This document shows positions 56,333 to 64,000 of a DNA stretch of 64,000 bases, in pieces. The stretch is from the NCBI GenBank assembly GCA_003327435.1, contig QOQV01000004.1, positions 1,037 to 65,036 on the forward strand. Direction: 5' to 3'. The position numbers and the translations under genes were made by a program. Position 1 is the stretch's first letter. Every line of letters starts with the position of its first letter. Origin of the DNA: Ignavibacteriota bacterium. Its GTDB lineage: Bacteria > Bacteroidota > Ignavibacteria > UBA10030 > BY39. The notes beneath the pieces were generated by a model. The model saw only the letters and a list, made by a program, of their open reading frames with translations. It made no database searches and was not told the DNA's origin.

Positions 56333-58750
56333 TTACCTCCTATATGGAATTATAGTTAATTTTTTCATGTTCGCATTTTCTCCTGCAGCAATATAAGTTT
56401 CCCTGTATTGTCCATTTAACGAGAGAGATACTTGATCATCATAGTTTTGATGCAAAGCATGGCCCGATTGTCCACCTGCTAAAACACTATACCTCCTTAC
56501 GGGTAAATACATATCAACGATATATCTCATAGAAGGTCCAACAAGAGCTTCAAAGGGTTTAGTAAAATCAATTTCACTATTATTAATTGTGCTGCTGGAG
56601 CCACCAAGTTTATAAGGACCAAGATTAAAAACAGAGTTTAGTGGTTGAATTTTACCAAGTGGATGTTTTAATGTAAGTTGATGTAAATTCCCCCACTGCC
56701 AATTTTTTATTTCCGTGCCATACTTTAATTTCAATTCCTGAATCGCATCTAAAAAACTTTTTTTAATAATCCATCTCTTTGTTTCGATTGTATCAGTTTC
56801 AATATTATCAAACCAGTTTGATTCGCTTTCTATTAATTTATCCATTGTATTTATTGGAAAAGCAGGAAAGTAAACATATTCATAGTATAATTCATCTCCA
56901 AGTTCATCATGGAATGTATTAAAAAGTAATTTAACAAAAAACATGTTAAAAATTGATGTGGCTGCATCATACTGAGTGTTTTTATAATCCCAATTTTTTA
57001 AATATTCCAGTGCCTGAGTTGCAAGAGGATCTATTGAATTTTCTTCTAAAAATATATTTAGAATTATTTTATTATACTTCTGACCATGAAGCGATAACAA
57101 ATCCATTTGCATTTGTTTGAAATCCTCAACAGAGAATAGAGGCTCAATATTTAATAACTGAGTAATTCTCTCAATTCGATAACCTGGCATATAGAGGTTT
57201 GTAATGTAGTAATTGGGATGAGAGACAATTTTATTGTTCGCTGATGCAATAAAATGCTCAGCTGGATTCCATAATTCAGGTAAATTTTCGAAGGATATAA
57301 AACCTGACCAATCACAATCGATGTTTGAAGCTAACACTGGAAGAGTTGGATTATAATTTTTTCTTATAGGAATTTTTGCAGCCAACCGATATCCAATGTT
57401 TCCTTCAACATCCGCAAAGATAAAATTTTGTCCAGGTACCCCAAAATATTTTAGAGCATCAACAAAATCATTCTTTGATTTTGCCTTATTAAGCATATAA
57501 AATGTACATGTTTCCAAAGTAGGTTCGAAACCAACCCATTTTAGCGAAACCAACAAAGAATCAAATTCATCTGCCTGGCAAATTGATGAATGTATCGAAT
57601 TTATAACCGGTCCATAATGCGTTTTCTTAACTTGAAAAATTACACTGTCACTTTTGCCTATCTTAATAATTTCTTCTTTCGTAAAAATAGGCATCAACTT
57701 TTTATTGTGAACATATTTAGTTGTATCATTTGTATCGATGTGATTAATAAAAAAATCTACTTCATCAATCATAGCATTGGTGAGACCCCAGGCAATCCTA
57801 TTATTATGTCCAATAATTATAAAGGGTGTACCCGGGAAACAAAAACCACCTGTAGCGAATTCATCTGTGGAAATATTTATCTCATACCAGTGTGATGGTA
57901 TAGGAAGAGTTAAGTGTGGATCATTAGCTAATATAGGTTTCCCACTTGATGATTTTGTTCCATCCACAACCCAACAATTACTTCCAGATCCTGAACCTTC
58001 GAAACCAATAAACTCCCTATGAGCTCTAATTAAATTTAAAAATGAAGATAAAGATTTAGAAACCTTTGATACCGGAATGCTACTTTTTATAATTGTCGGC
58101 GCATTATCTGGGTATTCTGTAAAAATTTCCTGTGTTTTTTGAATTCCCAACTTATCTTGAATTTTCCATCTCACAATTTCTGTCCACCATGAAAAATTTA
58201 AATACCAAGCCATCAATCTTGAAATAAGCAATGAATGTTCCACTTCCCAAATTTCTGGTTCATAATTTAATATATCAAATTCAACCGGATACCGACCTTT
58301 ATTTTCCTTTATATAAGCATTCACTCCTTCAGAATATGTAACTAATGCATTTTGAACATCTGCAGGCAGTATTTTTTGTATTTCCTTCGTAGCAGTTTTA
58401 ATATCGAGTGTTCTGAAAAGAAAATCATATTCAAGTGCATCTCTGCCAAATATCTCAGATAACCGCCCCAGCATTGTTCTTCTATAAAGATCCATTTGCC
58501 ATAATCGATCCTGAGCTTGAATATATCCAACAGCAAACCATAAATCACCTTCGTTCTTTGCATATATTGTTGGAACGCCAAAATTATCTCGATAAATTTT
58601 AACTTCTTCTTTCACCTTATCAGATTTTTTTTCTCCGCTATAATCAGGGAAGGATTTTATAATTTGAAAACGCAGGAAGAAAAAAATTGCAATTAAAAAT
58701 ATTAATAAGGTTAAGGATAAGCCAATGACTAATTTTAGAGGTTTCGACAT
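56333..58750 (-). CDS. penicillin acylase-family Ntn hydrolase, membrane-anchored
   Basis: RD.FGVP.I.A, QDRLWQM, GRLSE.FG, GSNCW (Ser nucleophile), LANDPHL, QN...AD, SANN, GGQSG. Confidence 0.9.
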   Translation of the reverse strand: MSKPLKLVIGLSLTLLIFLIAIFFFLRFQIIKSFPDYSGEKKSDKVKEEVKIYRDNFGVPTIYAKNEGDLWFAVGYIQAQDRLWQMDLYRRTMLGRLSEIFGRDALEYDFLFRTLDIKTATKEIQKILPADVQNALVTYSEGVNAYIKENKGRYPVEFDILNYEPEIWEVEHSLLISRLMAWYLNFSWWTEIVRWKIQDKLGIQKTQEIFTEYPDNAPTIIKSSIPVSKVSKSLSSFLNLIRAHREFIGFEGSGSGSNCWVVDGTKSSSGKPILANDPHLTLPIPSHWYEINISTDEFATGGFCFPGTPFIIIGHNNRIAWGLTNAMIDEVDFFINHIDTNDTTKYVHNKKLMPIFTKEEIIKIGKSDSVIFQVKKTHYGPVINSIHSSICQADEFDSLLVSLKWVGFEPTLETCTFYMLNKAKSKNDFVDALKYFGVPGQNFIFADVEGNIGYRLAAKIPIRKNYNPTLPVLASNIDCDWSGFISFENLPELWNPAEHFIASANNKIVSHPNYYITNLYMPGYRIERITQLLNIEPLFSVEDFKQMQMDLLSLHGQKYNKIILNIFLEENSIDPLATQALEYLKNWDYKNTQYDAATSIFNMFFVKLLFNTFHDELGDELYYEYVYFPAFPINTMDKLIESESNWFDNIETDTIETKRWIIKKSFLDAIQELKLKYGTEIKNWQWGNLHQLTLKHPLGKIQPLNSVFNLGPYKLGGSSSTINNSEIDFTKPFEALVGPSMRYIVDMYLPVRRYSVLAGGQSGHALHQNYDDQVSLSLNGQYRETYIAAGENANMKKLTIIPYRR

Positions 58751-58771
58751 ATTCAGTTTAATTTTAAGATA

Positions 58772-60664
58772 CTAATCCATCAAAAAGAAATCATCGTTTT
58801 CAACATTTTTCATTTTCTGGATGATTTCAGAATGTGTTTTCAGATATTTGTTCAAATCTTCATTTCTTTTTTGTGCTTCTTTCATTAAAAACTGATTTTG
58901 CTCCAGTTTCTTTTGCAATTCATTTTTAAATATTTTTTTTATACAATCCTTTGCAATTTTTATAGCATCACCATAAGAAATCTCCTGTCCAATTTCTTCC
59001 CATCGTTTACTTATCTCATATCTGTTAAATATAATTCTATTTAAAAACTGCTGTAATTCGGTTTTTTCTGGTATATCCTCATTAATGATAAAATCATAGA
59101 CAGATGAAGGTTCTACTTTAATGTTATTGTTTCGCATTAGTATTAAATAATTTGCAATTAAAGAAATATATTTGTGTGAAAAATTCTCTGGAGATATAAA
59201 CTTAAAAACAAAATCTATTACATCATCCCCACCTTCCAACATTGTGAGTAGCAGATCCTTTTCAGCAACGGGAATTTCATTAACTTCAACAATTTTGTTT
59301 GATTGAAATATTTTTTCCATATCATTTTTTACATAGTCAATCGCTCTTGTCGTCTCTCTTTGCTTTTCCTTACTTAAGAGTTTATCCATTTCGCCAAACA
59401 AAATAGATTCATATATTCCGTATCTTTCTGCTATGTGTTTGATATAAAAATTTCGCTTTATAGGATCTTTTACTTTAGCAAGGGTCTGAATAATTATACG
59501 TACAACTTTAGTTTGACCCTCTGGTGTCTTCATATGCCCTTCAGATTCAAGTGCATCAATCATAAAATCGACAAAGATTATAGAATTCCTCAGAAGGTTA
59601 TCAAACTTATCCTTTCCATATTTGTCGATATAAGAATCAGGGTCTTCGCCCTGAGGAAGAGGAGCTATTCTCACATCCAGATCATTTTCGAGTATGAGAT
59701 CAATACCTCTAAGTGTTGCCCTTATACCAGCCGAATCTGCATCATATAGGACTATAATATTCTTGGTATATCTTCCAATTAACTTAATCTGTTCTATTGT
59801 TAGAGCAGTACCACTTGAAGCAACTACATTCTTAAATCCTGCTTGATATGCTTTCATTAAATCTGCATAACCCTCAACAAGTATAACCGAATCTTTTTCT
59901 CTTATGGATTCCTTTGCAAAATTTAACCCATATAAAATCTTACTTTTATTGTAAATCGGTGTTTCAGGAGAATTTATATACTTACCCAACAAATCTTCTT
60001 CAAACAACTTTCTTGCACCGAAACCAATTACTTTTCCGGAAATAGAAAAGATTGGAAACATTATCCTACCACGGAAAGTGTCATAATAACTTCCATCGTT
60101 TTGTTTTCTTATCAGACCAGCCTTCTCAAGTATCTCAACAGGAATTTTTTGTTCCAATGAATATTTGTAAAACGAATCCCATTTGTTTAAAGAATAACCC
60201 AATCCAAATGTTTTTATTGTTTCCAACTTGAAACCTCTTTTGAAAAGATACTCGAGGGCATATTTCCCTTCATCTGTGTCGTGCAAATTTTTATAATAAA
60301 ATGTTGCAGCAAATTTAAGTACCTCATAAAGTTCCTCTTGCTCTTTTGCCTTATTGTCTATTTCATAGGAATACTCAGGAATTTTAATTCCAGTTCTTTC
60401 TGCTAACATTTTGACTGCATCAATAAAGGATATTTTTTCTGTCTCCATTAAAAATGTAAAAACATTACCACTTGCACCGCAACCAAAACAATGATACATT
60501 TGCCGGTCAGGAGAAACATAAAAAGAAGGTGTTTTCTCATTGTGGAAAGGACAAAGTGCTACATAATTTTTGCCTCTTTTCTTAAGTTTTAAGTATGAGG
60601 AAATTAAATCTACAATATCGACTGTATTTCTTATTTCTTCTATTTTTTCTGGTGGTAAACGCAA
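58772..60664 (-). CDS. dnaG: DNA primase
   Basis: CPFH.EKTPSF, CFGCG, FRGRIMFPI, KYINSPET, VEGY.D, YDAD.AG, DPD. Confidence 0.97.
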   Translation of the reverse strand: MRLPPEKIEEIRNTVDIVDLISSYLKLKKRGKNYVALCPFHNEKTPSFYVSPDRQMYHCFGCGASGNVFTFLMETEKISFIDAVKMLAERTGIKIPEYSYEIDNKAKEQEELYEVLKFAATFYYKNLHDTDEGKYALEYLFKRGFKLETIKTFGLGYSLNKWDSFYKYSLEQKIPVEILEKAGLIRKQNDGSYYDTFRGRIMFPIFSISGKVIGFGARKLFEEDLLGKYINSPETPIYNKSKILYGLNFAKESIREKDSVILVEGYADLMKAYQAGFKNVVASSGTALTIEQIKLIGRYTKNIIVLYDADSAGIRATLRGIDLILENDLDVRIAPLPQGEDPDSYIDKYGKDKFDNLLRNSIIFVDFMIDALESEGHMKTPEGQTKVVRIIIQTLAKVKDPIKRNFYIKHIAERYGIYESILFGEMDKLLSKEKQRETTRAIDYVKNDMEKIFQSNKIVEVNEIPVAEKDLLLTMLEGGDDVIDFVFKFISPENFSHKYISLIANYLILMRNNNIKVEPSSVYDFIINEDIPEKTELQQFLNRIIFNRYEISKRWEEIGQEISYGDAIKIAKDCIKKIFKNELQKKLEQNQFLMKEAQKRNEDLNKYLKTHSEIIQKMKNVENDDFFLMD

Positions 60665-60838
60665 TTGGTTTTTTATTTAAAATTTAATCAAAATGTGTTT
60701 CGTATGCAAAATTTGTTAAATACATAAAAAAATCTTAATTTTAAACAGGTTTTTAATCAAAGGAGGACTTAACATTACGATACAAATGTTAATGTTCCTT
60801 AAAAAATCACATCATAAAACAAATTCTTTAAATAATAA

Positions 60839-62191
<1,353 letters not shown>

Positions 62192-62200
62192 AAAACTTTA

Positions 62201-62228
62201 CTGCCTCCTGTTAGTTATCAGGAGGCAG
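62201..62228. terminator. terminator-like hairpin between convergent gdhA and the secreted-protein gene
   Basis: CTGCCTCCTG-8 nt-CAGGAGGCAG, a perfect 10-bp stem. Confidence 0.7.
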
Positions 62229-62243
62229 CATCTAAATAATCAT

Positions 62244-64000
62244 CTATTTTATTAACAATAACCTGGACGACTTAATTATTTGTTTCGACTTAAGCATGCA
62301 GAGATAAATCCCACTTGAAACAGCTTTCCCATTTTCATTTTTACCATCCCAAATAACTGAATGATAACCAGATTCCAATGTACCACTGACAAGAGTTCTC
62401 ACTTCATTACCCAAGATATCATATATTTTTAAAATCACTTCAGTTCTTTCTGGCAACTCTAAACGAATTGTTGTGGTTGGATTAAACGGATTTGGATAAT
62501 TTTGCCTTAACGCCAACTCTGTTGGAAGTTCCTTATTTTCTTTTACATCTGTTAAATCAATTATGAAATGGTAAACATCTGACCAGGGACTTACTCCACC
62601 ATCATTATTTGTCCGCACTCTCCAGTAGTAATCAACATTTGGATTAAGTGCACCGCTTTCAACTAAATATGAAGCAGCATTTGAAAACTGTGACAAAACG
62701 ATTGTATTAAATAATGAGTCTGTTGCTACCTGAACCGAATAATTTGTTGCTGTAACCAAACTATCCCAAACCAATAGCGGTGTTAATGTATTTACAATTG
62801 AGTTGTTTGCAGGAGATTGAAGATTTGGTGCAGATGTGGTTGATTTATACATCTGCAGGATTTCCTGATCAGAAAATGACTTATTAAATATTTTTACTTC
62901 ATCAATCATTCCATTAAAGAATTCCTGGAAATTTCCCAATGAATATTGTCTGCATCCAATACTCATTAAACTGTTTGAGTTAGATGGGTAATTGATGGTT
63001 AGTACTCCTGCTTGCATACCATTTTGATAAAATTTTAGCTGGTCAGCAGATTTTGAAATTGTAACAAAAGCCCATTCACCTGGTGAATAATTAATAATTT
63101 CCTCAGAACTAAAATCTCTGAAAGCATTATCACTATAAAGAAAATAATTAATTCTGATGCCATTACCCCAAACAGGATGAGAACCGAAACCAAGTCCCCA
63201 GATATTATCATTTTCATCATAACCTGCAGAAACAATTCTTGAAGTACCCACCACAGATACATTTACCCAGGCACTCATTGTAAAATCTCCAAATCCAAAA
63301 TCATAAAGAGAATTTTGTGGGACTTGTATTCTGCTATCCGAACCGTTAAAGTAGTAAGCAGCATCCTGATTTGCATATCTGTCGGTTGTTAATAAAGCAT
63401 TGACAGCGCTGCCATTATTATGAAAAACACTTTCATCATTTGCACTACCATTGAATGGGAAATATGCAATTAAGCTGTCGGGAATATTTCTCACTAACTT
63501 TATCTGATTAGTTGTGCTGCTGATTCCAACCAAATCAACGCTTCCGTTGTTATCAAAATCCCCAGCCGCCAATCCGTTAAGACCAGGTATAGGATCACTA
63601 AGATACCATTCATAATTAGGATGATCATTGTTTTTTGCAATACCGATATTAAAGTCACTGAAATGATTAAAGGCGACAACAAAATCCTGATCACCATCTC
63701 CATCAAAATCACTAACGACAGGATTACGTGTTTGACCGCCAACATTACCAAGATTTAGATAATCATTATAATTACCCTGTCCGTCATTTAGAATTAAACT
63801 TATTCCGTTCATATACCACGAGCAGTGAACAAAGTCTAAATCATAATCACCATCAAAGTCTCCACCAGCAAGTTCATCAGGATATGGTCCAAGATTTATT
63901 CCACCCGTAAATGTAAAATTTCCGTTTCCATCGTTTACAAGGATTTTAAAAACTCCCCAGTAATCACTTGTACCACCGATAATATCAAGATCGCCGTCAT
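62244..64000 (-). CDS. secreted protein with FG-GAP repeats, LamG and Fn3-like domains and a T9SS-A/FlgD-type C-terminal sorting domain; 5' end outside the window
   Basis: The frame stays open beyond 63812 to the window edge (DGDLDII...GDFDGDYDLD). Contains D.DGDGD.D repeats, YFPFNG.AND/TDR/FNG.IDEV.I LamG motifs and a QNYPNPFNP...IYDILG..V..L...WDG.N..G..VSSG.Y tail. Confidence 0.85.
   Translation of the reverse strand, partial: DGDLDIIGGTSDYWGVFKILVNDGNGNFTFTGGINLGPYPDELAGGDFDGDYDLDFVHCSWYMNGISLILNDGQGNYNDYLNLGNVGGQTRNPVVSDFDGDGDQDFVVAFNHFSDFNIGIAKNNDHPNYEWYLSDPIPGLNGLAAGDFDNNGSVDLVGISSTTNQIKLVRNIPDSLIAYFPFNGSANDESVFHNNGSAVNALLTTDRYANQDAAYYFNGSDSRIQVPQNSLYDFGFGDFTMSAWVNVSVVGTSRIVSAGYDENDNIWGLGFGSHPVWGNGIRINYFLYSDNAFRDFSSEEIINYSPGEWAFVTISKSADQLKFYQNGMQAGVLTINYPSNSNSLMSIGCRQYSLGNFQEFFNGMIDEVKIFNKSFSDQEILQMYKSTTSAPNLQSPANNSIVNTLTPLLVWDSLVTATNYSVQVATDSLFNTIVLSQFSNAASYLVESGALNPNVDYYWRVRTNNDGGVSPWSDVYHFIIDLTDVKENKELPTELALRQNYPNPFNPTTTIRLELPERTEVILKIYDILGNEVRTLVSGTLESGYHSVIWDGKNENGKAVSSGIYLCMLKSKQIIKSSRLLLIK

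Overview
AT-rich bacterial chromosome window, most likely Ignavibacteria or a related FCB lineage (inferred from the NYPNPFNP-type C-terminal sorting domain, the CCGCCTCTGGCGG mini-repeat and a Bacteroidota-style attC-like site). From left to right: (1) 1-10.5 kb, an anaerobic purine/urate-catabolism-type operon (carbamoyltransferase, YgeY, PLP enzyme, SsnA, fused PreT-PreA-like reductase, three-subunit molybdenum hydroxylase). (2) 11.4-21.4 kb, a decayed accessory region in which an intact type I R-M operon (hsdM-hsdS-hsdR-M48) sits between the 5' and 3' stubs of a destroyed type III mod gene; a GATase pseudogene, a res stub, an attC-like site and a cassette-like lipoprotein gene flank it. 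(3) tRNA-Arg(UCU). (4) An AmmeMemoRadiSam operon whose soluble members carry export-like signals. (5) Housekeeping genes and a type II R-M pair. (6) 38-51.4 kb, a near-complete type IV pilus-like machine with PilM-N and PilO-P fusions, PilB, PilT, PilC and a secretin. Its five pilin-like genes lack a normal class III leader and Glu5, no prepilin peptidase is present, and a divergent GT-C/TPR glycosyltransferase lies next to it. (7) pyk, cobB, a penicillin acylase, dnaG, gdhA and a partial secreted FG-GAP/LamG protein. The best candidates for undescribed biology are the leaderless-pilin type IV filament system and the apparently exported AmmeMemoRadiSam system. All calls come from motif reading and recalled family features; no searches were run.
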